A DNA stretch of 64,000 nt. It comes from Candidatus Dojkabacteria bacterium. GTDB taxonomy: Bacteria; Patescibacteriota; Dojkabacteria; J137. Positions 47,633-57,155 of this stretch are shown one piece after another. The stretch is taken from positions 231,772 to 295,771 of the forward strand of contig JBDTVZ010000001.1 in NCBI GenBank assembly GCA_040006935.1, in the 5' to 3' direction. Positions within the stretch are counted from its first letter, which is position 1. Each line of letters starts with the position of its first letter. Position numbers and translations under genes: made by a program. The notes under the pieces were generated by a model that saw nothing but the letters and a program-made list of their open reading frames with translations, had not been told where the DNA came from and did no database searches.

Positions 47633-48880
47633 ATGAATATTCAAAGCACAATTGAAAAAACTCTTTTGAGAAGAAACGAACATCCAAATTTTAAGCATGC
47701 TTATGATTTATTTATCAAGACCATTGAAACGCTTCCACTTGAATTAAGACCAAAGATCGATCCAAATAAAGTATATTTTTGTACCACACAAGAATATATA
47801 GACATAAACACAAGTTACTTTGAAAAAATAGGCAAGCTTAGTTTATATGAGGCAAAAGCAAATGCCATTAGCAAGTCCACTACCAATGGTGGATGTCTTT
47901 TAAGAGACACTGGAGAAATATTAATAAGGTATGATCCTAATTTAGAACAAATATTCAGAAATAATCTGGAAGCTTTAATTCATTATTTAAGAATTCTATC
48001 CCACGAAGCAGGACATACAGTTCTAACTAGTGTAGATTCAGTCTCATTAGAAGTAGCGGCAAAGGTTAATCTATTGAGTCCGGAAGTATTCAAAGAATTC
48101 TTAAGATCACATTACAATCTAGAACCAGAAGAATGCAGATTTGGTCTCTACGGAAATATGATTGATATGACAATATTAAAGACCGGAAGAATGGAAGAGG
48201 TGGGTATCGGAAGAAACAAGCGTCTAATTGAAATTACACCCGATATTTACATGCAATATATATGTTTTTTAAATTGGGCTGAAGAAAATAATATAAATAC
48301 TAAGGATAAAAATAGCATTATTCTATATGCACGCTCAAAGCATTTTCAAGCTGCAGTAACAGCTGATGAGCTCACAATTATTGCTATTGTACGGGCAGCT
48401 AGCATAATAGGATTTGAAAGATTAGTTAAATTATTTGTTACATGTCAAGATATTTTCGCAGATCAAAGTACTATAGACCTTTCTGATTCAGAAATAATTG
48501 CTGTGACTGAGATATTACAGGCAAGTCAATTACAAGAGTTAGTCCATGAAAGCATTGCAAAAATGGATATGTCTGTTAGGAAAGATGTTAAAACATATCT
48601 TGATCTAGCATTTTTAGCTCTGAGGCAAGCGTCAAAATCAATGGGAGCAAAAACATTTGGCAGAGTAATTCATGGAACACGCGAATCAGTTGAAAACGTA
48701 ACAGTAGAATCTGATGACTATACATTAGAGATATTAGAAAATGAGAATATAATACTACAGATTGCAACCACTATTTACACCCCTGCTGAAGATATTTCTT
48801 CTAAAGAGCTCATTGATAAAGCAAGGGCATTATTGATGCAGATCTCAGATGCAAAGAGAGGAGTTCCAATTAAGTTCTAG
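47633..48880 (+). CDS. Hypothetical protein with HExxH motif
   Basis: LSHEAGH. Confidence 0.5.
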   Translation: MNIQSTIEKTLLRRNEHPNFKHAYDLFIKTIETLPLELRPKIDPNKVYFCTTQEYIDINTSYFEKIGKLSLYEAKANAISKSTTNGGCLLRDTGEILIRYDPNLEQIFRNNLEALIHYLRILSHEAGHTVLTSVDSVSLEVAAKVNLLSPEVFKEFLRSHYNLEPEECRFGLYGNMIDMTILKTGRMEEVGIGRNKRLIEITPDIYMQYICFLNWAEENNINTKDKNSIILYARSKHFQAAVTADELTIIAIVRAASIIGFERLVKLFVTCQDIFADQSTIDLSDSEIIAVTEILQASQLQELVHESIAKMDMSVRKDVKTYLDLAFLALRQASKSMGAKTFGRVIHGTRESVENVTVESDDYTLEILENENIILQIATTIYTPAEDISSKELIDKARALLMQISDAKRGVPIKF

Positions 48881-48883
48881 TAT

Positions 48884-49942
48884 TCAAGAATTCTTTTCAA
48901 TTACAATATATTTCCTTAAAGAATTTATTAACTCACTGCTCAAGGAGATATTTCGGGTAAGCATTTTCTTATTTTTATTTGAACCAAAAATTACTTTTAA
49001 CGGGATATCGCCAGGGTTTTCCCTAATTATATCTCTAATTCTCAATATTTCTTCGGCTTCTATAACATTTATTAAATTAATTATGAGTTCTGTAAAGGCA
49101 ATAAAATCATTCGTTTTCTTTTTCAATATTTCCTTTTCCGAAATTCTCCGCTCAAGCCTTTGAATATCTATTTCTGCAGGAAGTTGTTCAGGAAAGATTC
49201 CTTTTTCGTTTAGTAATTTACGAACCGAGAAGTTATTCTCTTTATGTTCTGCTTTGATATTTGGTTTTGTTCTGAGATCTTTAGATAAAGTATTAAAGGT
49301 TGTAATTTCAGTGGCAAGATCCTTTGCTTTTATAGTAATTGTAGGTAAATGGTCAGCTAACGAACCAGTTTTTATATTTAATTTATTCTTTATAACTCTT
49401 GTGGGCATATTAAATAAGGCTTGGTCCCCAACCGATCTAACCTCAGCTATATCACTACTTGTTAGTCCCTTTGAAGACAGCACGCCTGAGAATTTCTTTT
49501 CGGTTTCTTTTAATTTTCTTCTGGCTTTGATTCTCTCTATAATATGGCTCTTTTCTGTTTCCAGTTCTCGTTTTCGTGTTTGAGTGGCAAAATATGATTG
49601 TGCTAGTGCTATGGTTTCCTTTCTTGGATCACCATTTTGAGCTATAAGATAACATGCATATCTCGTTAACTTATAATCTACTGTTGGTCTCATTGCTTCA
49701 TTAGATCTTCCAGCGGCAATCTTAGACATTTTCGTGACCTCACGAAAATGTCCTTCAATTTGTGGATAGATTTTTAACATTGAAGTTTGTGCTTTTTTTA
49801 TGACTTTATGAAAACTTTCCCAAGTCTCGTACCCAAGCGTACTCATCAATTCTCTTGCGTACCAATATTCTTCATCCGCACCGTTTAGATGTTTTATACT
49901 ATCAAAAGTTCCAAATTTTGTGGTATTTATTTTATTTTCCAA
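48884..49942 (-). CDS. dinD: DNA-damage-inducible protein D (Bro-N) with extra C-terminal domain
   Basis: EYWYARELM, DYKLTRYACYLIAQNGDPRK, AQSYFATQTR, PEQLP. Confidence 0.85.
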   Translation of the reverse strand: MENKINTTKFGTFDSIKHLNGADEEYWYARELMSTLGYETWESFHKVIKKAQTSMLKIYPQIEGHFREVTKMSKIAAGRSNEAMRPTVDYKLTRYACYLIAQNGDPRKETIALAQSYFATQTRKRELETEKSHIIERIKARRKLKETEKKFSGVLSSKGLTSSDIAEVRSVGDQALFNMPTRVIKNKLNIKTGSLADHLPTITIKAKDLATEITTFNTLSKDLRTKPNIKAEHKENNFSVRKLLNEKGIFPEQLPAEIDIQRLERRISEKEILKKKTNDFIAFTELIINLINVIEAEEILRIRDIIRENPGDIPLKVIFGSNKNKKMLTRNISLSSELINSLRKYIVIEKNS

Positions 49943-50056
49943 TTGAGAAAATATGAAGTAGTTGTTAGTAGATCTTAGCAGTTGAACTCTTTTATTGTCA
50001 AATATATTATCCTGAATTGGGATTTTACTTACGGACTACTTATACAATATTATTCC

Positions 50057-50122
50057 TACCGCACCGAAAGCACGCTATAGCTTTTGTGCGGTCCATAGGG
50101 AATTGATAATTAGCTGTATTGC
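50057..50122 (+). other. Conserved structured element copy A (candidate ncRNA or ssDNA hairpin)
   Basis: Matches 57003-57070 with a compensatory base-pair change. Confidence 0.55.
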
Positions 50123-50171
50123 GAAAGTTCTGTATGAGATTAGTTCTGGTAAATTTACCTAGAAACAATAA

Positions 50172-51032
50172 CTATTCTACTAACTCAAACAGATTCATTA
50201 GAGTCTCCGCTTTCTGTTGATAAATAGCTTTTTTAGTTAAATCTCCACGAGCATTATTGGCTAAACACTCTGGATCAATATAATTATATCCATTTGGATC
50301 TGGATCTATTACCATACATGCCTGAGCTTCTGCTTCTGAAAAAACATCTGGTGCTTTAAATCTTTGCATGGCTTCTAGAATATCACCATTCTTTTCTGCA
50401 TAAATATACAATGTCATATCAAGCTCTGTAATTGCAGGGAAATTAGCTTGATATCCTCCAATTGTAGGAATTACAATAGCTTTTTCAGTACCAGGATAAT
50501 CCACATTAAAGCTATCTAATTTTGTAAATGCAGCTCCTCCACAGTAATAATAAAATGCCAAGAATGGCACTGATGGGAATGAATACCCTGCAGGATAACT
50601 AGATTCGTTATAACTAAAGATTTCGTCCATTAAACTGATTGCATTATTATAATCAGCAATTTCAGAATCATTTGCAGGTAGTATTTGTCTATTTATTACT
50701 AAAGTTTGAGATCGAATTGCTTCAGGATTATTCTTAATACCATAAATTTCCATTCCTAATTGTCTATCACAACCTTCATCTTCGTATGGTAATAAATCAA
50801 AATTTGCAGGAAATTTTAATCCTAAAGGCTTTTTAGCTACGATTGGTTTAATTTCCGGAATTGATATTGGAGGAGGTGTTACTGCAACGGGTGGGTTAAC
50901 AACATTATTATCTGGTGCTGGTCTTGTTGAAATATAGAATATAACTGCAATCGAGATGCAAAGAAAACATAAAACTAGTAATATTATTGCGATTATTGCT
51001 AAATTTCGTTTTCTTTTTAAGAACTCTGGCAT
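50172..51032 (-). CDS. Membrane-anchored hypothetical protein (start set at MPEFLKRK)
   Basis: N-terminal TM helix, Pro-rich linker, Cys-containing ectodomain. Confidence 0.6.
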   Translation of the reverse strand: MPEFLKRKRNLAIIAIILLVLCFLCISIAVIFYISTRPAPDNNVVNPPVAVTPPPISIPEIKPIVAKKPLGLKFPANFDLLPYEDEGCDRQLGMEIYGIKNNPEAIRSQTLVINRQILPANDSEIADYNNAISLMDEIFSYNESSYPAGYSFPSVPFLAFYYYCGGAAFTKLDSFNVDYPGTEKAIVIPTIGGYQANFPAITELDMTLYIYAEKNGDILEAMQRFKAPDVFSEAEAQACMVIDPDPNGYNYIDPECLANNARGDLTKKAIYQQKAETLMNLFELVE

Positions 51033-51102
51033 AGAAAATTTATGAAAAAGTATATTTCTTATAGGATATATTAAGTAGTCCAACAGTGCAACGTTTGAGA
51101 AT

Positions 51103-52131
51103 TTAATTAGCTTTAGGAATAGTGACGAGTTCTTCCCAAGATTGAAGAACTTTTTTTGAAATACCACTTGAAGATTTGAGTCCAATAGAACTAAATATTT
51201 CCGAAATTGATTTACTGCCAACATCATTAAAGAATATCCAATTTACAAATACAACTCTTTCTTTTTCTAATTCCTGAGTAAGCCAAATTAAATATTGAGT
51301 CTGCTTGTCTTCGGACCCGACATCTGTTAAACCCGAAATATTTGTACTCGATGGCCAACCTGTTTCTGTAATTGCAATTGGTTTGTTAGAATAATCTCTT
51401 AAAATGGAAAAGTATTGATCAGGAATCGAATCTATAGTTTTATAATCGAAGAAAGGGTAGACAGTAAGACCAATAATATCCATATTCCCTTCGAGTTCTT
51501 TAAAAGTATCCCAACCTTGATTTGATTCTCGTCCAGTTAAATAACCCTTTCCAATTAATGTTTCAAATTGGAATGTTGTGTAAACAGTCAATGTAGGGAA
51601 AGTTTTTTTTAGACTTCCATATATCTGTTTATACGCATTCACAAAATCAACTAGTTCGGGTGATCCGTTTTTAAAATTAAAATTAATTTCATTTCCAACA
51701 CTTAAGTATTTAATTTGTGGATATTTTTTAATTAAATCTGTTACCTTAGTAATATAATCAGATGCTGAATCTTTCCATTTTATATCATCTGAAATACCAA
51801 TAACAACTTCTAATGGTGTTTTTACACTTTGTGCGGATAAATCAACAACTTCTAAATGGTCCACTGTAGTATGTACTCCATATACTTCACTGTGAGAACT
51901 TATATTTGTAAAGAAATCCGATATTTGTTGTGATTGTGAATTAGGGAGTCCTACAGGAGAATATCCGGTAATTCCAACGAAATAGTTTCTTTGACTTATG
52001 GGCAAATCAAATGTTTTTCTAGTAGGAGTAGGTTTATATAATCCTGAAATGAATGAGACTAATCCTATTAATAAGATAATAATGACAATTGTAGGTAAAA
52101 CAAATTTTTTATTTTTAATCAACTTATCCAT
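51103..52131 (-). CDS. Membrane-anchored clan GH-A-like glycoside hydrolase
   Basis: SVGNEIN acid/base motif, IGLTVYP, IAITETGW nucleophile motif. Confidence 0.75.
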   Translation of the reverse strand: MDKLIKNKKFVLPTIVIIILLIGLVSFISGLYKPTPTRKTFDLPISQRNYFVGITGYSPVGLPNSQSQQISDFFTNISSHSEVYGVHTTVDHLEVVDLSAQSVKTPLEVVIGISDDIKWKDSASDYITKVTDLIKKYPQIKYLSVGNEINFNFKNGSPELVDFVNAYKQIYGSLKKTFPTLTVYTTFQFETLIGKGYLTGRESNQGWDTFKELEGNMDIIGLTVYPFFDYKTIDSIPDQYFSILRDYSNKPIAITETGWPSSTNISGLTDVGSEDKQTQYLIWLTQELEKERVVFVNWIFFNDVGSKSISEIFSSIGLKSSSGISKKVLQSWEELVTIPKAN

Positions 52132-52238
52132 TTGATTATTCTATCACTTTTTATATTTAATATGAGCAGCACGAGGTTTTTTAATTTCTTAGAATGTTAT
52201 ATACTTATATTTGTAATTAGTCAAAAATTGATGACATT

Positions 52239-52802
52239 ATGAATAAATTAAAGAATATCGTTTCGAATTTACCTTCAATTGCATGGGTAATACTATTGCC
52301 TCTTGGTATTTTCGCATTAATCGGCGGAATAATATTTTTATTCTTTATAATTTCTAGTGTTGAAGGAGCTGCATCTGTAATAATTCTTATTGCAGGAATA
52401 TTTGTTATTAGAGGAAGCGATAGTATAAATGTAAAGGGAGTTAAGGAGAAATCTTCTGGATTTATGGTTGGAGTTGGAATTGTATTTTTTGCGTTAATGG
52501 GAATGGCTATAGATCAACCAGGTAATTTTATTTATAACAAACCTATCGAGGTACTTTTCTGTCCAGCGGGAACATATTTGAGTCGAGATCAAATAGTAAG
52601 CCATCCTTTACCCGAGAGAACTGATATTACACAAGATTTTGATTGTGTGGATAGCACAGGGAATGCGGCAACTTCCATCGATATGTGGAATGTTATTTTG
52701 GTAAGATTCGTTGAGTATGTAATAATAGGATACATTCTGATTGGGTTAAATAAGCTTTTCAGTAAAAAGATAAAGGACGATAATTTATTTGTTACAAAAT
52801 AA
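52239..52802 (+). CDS. Hypothetical membrane protein
   Basis: About 4 TM segments; paired Cys (LFCP...FDC). Confidence 0.6.
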   Translation: MNKLKNIVSNLPSIAWVILLPLGIFALIGGIIFLFFIISSVEGAASVIILIAGIFVIRGSDSINVKGVKEKSSGFMVGVGIVFFALMGMAIDQPGNFIYNKPIEVLFCPAGTYLSRDQIVSHPLPERTDITQDFDCVDSTGNAATSIDMWNVILVRFVEYVIIGYILIGLNKLFSKKIKDDNLFVTK

Positions 52803-52804
52803 CT

Positions 52805-53245
52805 ATGACAAAAAAGAAAACCACAAATAATTTCATAAGAAATGCTGTAACAGGAGCTGCATTAGTTGGGGCCGGCGCATTAATGGCTGCTGCTGCTCTT
52901 AGTGACGATGATACTAAGAAAAAACTTAGCGAGGGAGCTAAAAAAGCTGGAGATAGGATTACAGAACTTGTAGAAGAATTAAAAGTTAAAGGTGGAAGCG
53001 CATACAAAGAAGCACTAGAGCAATTCGAAATACTCAGAGTTAAAGTAGAGAAAATGGTTGAAGAAGGTAAAAAGAGCGAAGAGTACAAAAAAGTTTTAGA
53101 AGGTATTTCGGACGTTACAGCTAAACTTAACGAAGCTAAGGATACTTCCGGAGATGAATTACAAACTCTTTTGAAGGAAGTAAAGTCTTCTGTTGATGAA
53201 TTAAAAGAAGAATACGATAAATATGAGGAGTCTTTCTATAATTAG
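52805..53245 (+). CDS. YtxH-like helical protein
   Basis: GAALVGAGA anchor followed by charged coiled coil. Confidence 0.55.
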   Translation: MTKKKTTNNFIRNAVTGAALVGAGALMAAAALSDDDTKKKLSEGAKKAGDRITELVEELKVKGGSAYKEALEQFEILRVKVEKMVEEGKKSEEYKKVLEGISDVTAKLNEAKDTSGDELQTLLKEVKSSVDELKEEYDKYEESFYN

Positions 53246-53267
53246 TAATATTTGTTAGGGAAACCAT

Positions 53268-53936
53268 ATGCAAAATTCTTTTTCTCTGAGAGGTGTTTTC
53301 AAAACATGGGCAGTGATTGCTATTACTGTTATTTTACTGACAGGACTTGTTTATATTGTAGGACAACAAATTCTAAGGAATTTGGCAAATGACCCACAAA
53401 TACAGACCGCCGAAGATTTAGTTGTTAAATTAAATGCAGGGCAAGATCCTACAACACTTCTAGTTTCCAATAAAGTAGATATGAACAAAAGTCTCTCTAC
53501 ATTCGGAATTATATATGATGATCAATACAATATTGTTTATTCAACAGGATTTCTAAATGACACTGCACCTGTTCCACCAGATGGAGTTTTCGAGGCAGCA
53601 AAACAAAATGGTGTAAATATATTAACATGGCAGCCAGGTATAAATATTCGAGATGCAATAGTTGTACAAAGATATGATACTGGATATATATTAGTTGGGA
53701 GATCTTTAAGAGAAGTAGAGAAGAGAGCGAATAATTTGCTTTTACTTTCCATAGCTGGAGGGTTAATTACTTTAGCTTCTACATTTGTTCTAACATTATC
53801 AATAAAATATTTTGAGAATTCAAGGAGCAAGGTTAGCTATTCTAATCCTGTTGCAGCGACTCCAATAGTTCCAGTTGCTCAAGTAGTGCCAATTACACCA
53901 CCGGTACTACCAACTCCAATAGTTCCTGCTGTCTAA
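53268..53936 (+). CDS. Membrane protein with sensor-like extracytoplasmic domain and Pro/Val-rich tail
   Basis: ANDPQIQ, TWQP, VGRSLREVE between two TM helices. Confidence 0.6.
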   Translation: MQNSFSLRGVFKTWAVIAITVILLTGLVYIVGQQILRNLANDPQIQTAEDLVVKLNAGQDPTTLLVSNKVDMNKSLSTFGIIYDDQYNIVYSTGFLNDTAPVPPDGVFEAAKQNGVNILTWQPGINIRDAIVVQRYDTGYILVGRSLREVEKRANNLLLLSIAGGLITLASTFVLTLSIKYFENSRSKVSYSNPVAATPIVPVAQVVPITPPVLPTPIVPAV

Positions 53937-53964
53937 AAAGAGGGGGGGGTGAAATGAGATTATA

Positions 53965-55809
53965 TTATTTTTTTCTTTTCCAGAAGAAAGCTCTCATTGA
54001 ATTTATTAATGGGATAAAGTCAGTAATGAAATTGTAGAATGCTGCTCCGGAAGGAGTTAAAACTCCGCCAAATACTAACGATAATCCTAAAATATTTACC
54101 AAAACCCAGATTATATAATCTTGTTTGGCAATATTTAATATGAACTTTGATAAATCGATTACTTCTTTAACTTTAGTCAACTGATCATTTACAAGTATTA
54201 TATCTGCAGAATCTATCGCAGCATCAGAGCCTATTCCACCCATTGCAATTCCTACATCCGCAAGGCTTAAAGAAGCTGCATCATTTACACCATCTCCAAT
54301 CATTGCAGTTTTACTGTCTTTATTTAAAAAACTTTTTAAATATTTAATTTTATCTTCGGGCAATAAATTTGCATGGTACTCTTGGATTCCTGTTTCCTCT
54401 GCTATTGTTTTTGCGACTTTTTCATTGTCACCTGTCAGCATAATAATCCGTTCTATTCCCTCTTCACGTAGTTCTGATATTACCTTTTTTGTATCTGGTT
54501 TTAACCTATCGCTTAACGTTACAACTGCAAGAACTTCTTTGGAATTCGAAAGTATAGATGCATTAAAACCTTTTTCTTCAGCATTCATTATAAATTCCTC
54601 GTAATTCTTATTAATTTTTTTTACTTGATCCAATATAAACTGCCTTCTGCCAAAAAAGTATTTTTCTCCTTTGTAAACTACAGATATCCCAAGGCCTTTG
54701 AATTCTTTCAGTTCTTCATGTTTTACACTTTTAATTTTTTCCGACATTAGAAACTCTTCTATTGCTTCAGAAACAGGATGAATAGATCCCTGAACAATTG
54801 AAAATATTACTTTTAATATTTCTGATTTCTTTTCTAAGGTAAAGATTTCATTAACTTTTAGCTTTCCTCTTGTTAATGTTCCCGTTTTATCTACAATAAG
54901 TGTTTTCACTTCTCCAATGGCTTCTAAATATTTTCCTCCTTTAATTATTATTCCAAGCCTAGATGCTGCTCTCGTTCCACCAATAAATGCAAGCGGAACA
55001 GCAACTGCAATGTCATCAGCACAAACAACTAGTATTACTGAGAGAACTAAATTTAGATTATTAGTAATGATATAAAGAACTATAGTAACAATAAAAGTTA
55101 GAATTATATACCATTGCGCAAATCGGTCCGAACGCATGGTTATCTCAGGTTTATTTAATTGGGAATCTGAAACAAGTTGAATTATTTTCTCTAAGGCCGT
55201 ATCTTTTCCTACACGAACTGCTTCAATTTCCAGTTCACCAGATGTAACTAAAGTAGAACTCAAAACCTCCTCTCCTTCTTTTTTTTCTACAGGTAGAGAT
55301 TCCCCAGTAAGTGAAGATTGATCTAAAGATGCGCTACCATTTAGAATTTTCCCATCCACTGGAACTCTTTGTCCCAAGCCTACCAACACAATATCTCCAA
55401 TTTTTATATCATTAATTTTAACTTCTTCCACGCCATTCTTTGTTTTAATCCTTGCTTTTTCTGGCTTTAACTTTAAAAGACTCTTTATTGAATCTTCTGT
55501 TTTACGTTCTGTGTAACTATCTACAATTCTTGCTGTTGTAAGCATCAAATTTATAAATAGAGAAGAGAAGTATTCGTGATTGATTAGAGATAATAGTAAT
55601 GCAATGCTTGCCAGTAAATCCACAGTAATTTTTCGGTTCTTTAATGCTTTGAAAGTACTTATAAGAACGGGAACCAATGCGATCAGATTAACTATTAATG
55701 AAAAACCATCTCTAGTTTCCTGATGCATAAACACACCAACAGAAAATATTAGTGAGAATACTAAGAGGACAAGTATAAATAAATCAAAATAATACCAAAA
55801 CTTTTTCAT
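53965..55809 (-). CDS. P1B-type (heavy-metal-like) P-type ATPase with atypical CADD motif
   Basis: TGES, DKTGT, HP, TGDN, GDGVND; VVCADDIAVAVP at the CPx position. Confidence 0.9.
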   Translation of the reverse strand: MKKFWYYFDLFILVLLVFSLIFSVGVFMHQETRDGFSLIVNLIALVPVLISTFKALKNRKITVDLLASIALLLSLINHEYFSSLFINLMLTTARIVDSYTERKTEDSIKSLLKLKPEKARIKTKNGVEEVKINDIKIGDIVLVGLGQRVPVDGKILNGSASLDQSSLTGESLPVEKKEGEEVLSSTLVTSGELEIEAVRVGKDTALEKIIQLVSDSQLNKPEITMRSDRFAQWYIILTFIVTIVLYIITNNLNLVLSVILVVCADDIAVAVPLAFIGGTRAASRLGIIIKGGKYLEAIGEVKTLIVDKTGTLTRGKLKVNEIFTLEKKSEILKVIFSIVQGSIHPVSEAIEEFLMSEKIKSVKHEELKEFKGLGISVVYKGEKYFFGRRQFILDQVKKINKNYEEFIMNAEEKGFNASILSNSKEVLAVVTLSDRLKPDTKKVISELREEGIERIIMLTGDNEKVAKTIAEETGIQEYHANLLPEDKIKYLKSFLNKDSKTAMIGDGVNDAASLSLADVGIAMGGIGSDAAIDSADIILVNDQLTKVKEVIDLSKFILNIAKQDYIIWVLVNILGLSLVFGGVLTPSGAAFYNFITDFIPLINSMRAFFWKRKK

Positions 55810-55925
55810 AGGAATTTTTTTACTATGAATATATTACTCCGAAAGCTTTAGGAAGAAAAACTGTAAATAGAATGATCTGCAGATTCTCCCTTTGAAGGGA
55901 ATGTTCCACCTTGTATGTTCCTTTT

Positions 55926-56657
55926 TTATTCAACTACTGTCGTATACTTGCCAGAATTTATGATTGCTTTTGTTGCAGGCCTGTAAATCACTAGTAGTTT
56001 AGAATCGGGGAAGGTAGCAATAATATCGTCCTTTTGAACATTGGTGTAAAAGGACGAGTTACTTTCTTTAACTTTATCTTCATCCACAACTACGGATAGA
56101 TTTGGAGTTTCAGTAGAATCTGATGTGATCAATCCTACTTCTTTTACTTTAGCAACAACTGCATTAGTTGCATCTTTTTGTAACTTTGTTTGTTTAGCCA
56201 CTGGACTTTCTCCATCGTAAATCACCTTCTTTTCACTAACTCGATAAATTATCATTTTTGAAGTATAGCCAAGAACGTAGTCTCCATTCTGAGCATCTTT
56301 ATAAACTTCCGCAGTAAATTGATCTTGTTTTTTTAAATCATCAATGTTTGGAAGTATTTTATTATCACCAATTACTGCTACTACTGGAACTTCCGTTGGA
56401 GGAATCGCTGCCGCTTTAGAAACATCATTAATAACGTTTACTACATTAAGCTGGCTTAATAGGTTAGGTGGATTTACAATTAAAATTAAAAGAATTATTT
56501 GAAAAATGAAAAGCAAAAACATTGATATTTTTGTACTAGGAATATATTTACTAATGGAGTCTAAATTAAAATTAGAAATCTTTGTCTGTGGCATAGGTTT
56601 TTGCGAAAAAGAAGTTCTTTGCTGTTCACTAAATCTCAAATTATTTTCTAGAGCCAT
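55926..56657 (-). CDS. Membrane-anchored hypothetical protein with internal duplicated domain
   Basis: Two copies of the E-x-P...Y...Q-x-x-D...IYR pattern. Confidence 0.6.
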   Translation of the reverse strand: MALENNLRFSEQQRTSFSQKPMPQTKISNFNLDSISKYIPSTKISMFLLFIFQIILLILIVNPPNLLSQLNVVNVINDVSKAAAIPPTEVPVVAVIGDNKILPNIDDLKKQDQFTAEVYKDAQNGDYVLGYTSKMIIYRVSEKKVIYDGESPVAKQTKLQKDATNAVVAKVKEVGLITSDSTETPNLSVVVDEDKVKESNSSFYTNVQKDDIIATFPDSKLLVIYRPATKAIINSGKYTTVVE

Positions 56658-56800
56658 AAAATATTTATAAAAGACTATTTCTAACCAATCATATAGTATT
56701 TTGAAAATATGGGCAATGGAGATTAGAATGACAGAGAGATTTTATTTTATGAATTTGAAGTCCTGCTTTTCGGGAGAACGCTCGGCTTGTTTTTATATTA

Positions 56801-56872
56801 TGGATTTGGAGGGATTCGAACCCTCGGCCAATCACTTAAGAGGCGACTGCTCTACCACTGAGCTACAAATCC
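56801..56872 (-). tRNA. tRNA-Lys(CUU)
   Basis: GGATTTG/CAAATCC acceptor stem, AGCTCAGTGGTAGAGC D-arm, CT-CTT-AA anticodon loop, GGTTCGAATCC; no encoded CCA. Confidence 0.95.
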
Positions 56873-56966
56873 ATTTCTGATTGAACGCTTTTATTGCTCG
56901 AAATATAAGTACATAAAGCGTAGTGAATGATATCATTTGAGTCGAAATATGTCCAGATTGAACGTT

Positions 56967-56999
56967 CCCTCTCCTTTTAAGGAGAGGGTTAGGGTGAGG
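56967..56999. repeat. REP-like palindrome CCCTCTCC...GGAGAGGG-TTAGGGTGAGG
   Basis: Reverse-orientation relative at 63232-63263. Confidence 0.75.
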
Positions 57000-57002
57000 T
57001 CA

Positions 57003-57070
57003 TACCACACCGAAAGCATTACCTGACTTTTGTGTGGTCCTGATTGAGCTTTGCTAATTAACGGGATTGC
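57003..57070 (+). other. Conserved structured element copy B
   Basis: Matches 50057-50122. Confidence 0.55.
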
Positions 57071-57155
57071 AACGAAAATTGCATTACTCAGGAGTGATAT
57101 TCTAACTCTTCTCTTTCCTCTGTTCACTTTTCTCTATTTGGTATAGACTATAATT

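Noticed and set aside
50057-57070. Elements A/B as integron attC sites or iron-responsive elements
   Set aside because: No RYYYAAC/GTTRRRY boxes and no integrase; the bulged-C plus 5-bp geometry is IRE-like, but the loop is not CAGUGN
56933-57127. 64-aa minus-strand ORF
   Set aside because: Made largely of the REP-like palindrome and structured element B; the frame is not preserved in copy A
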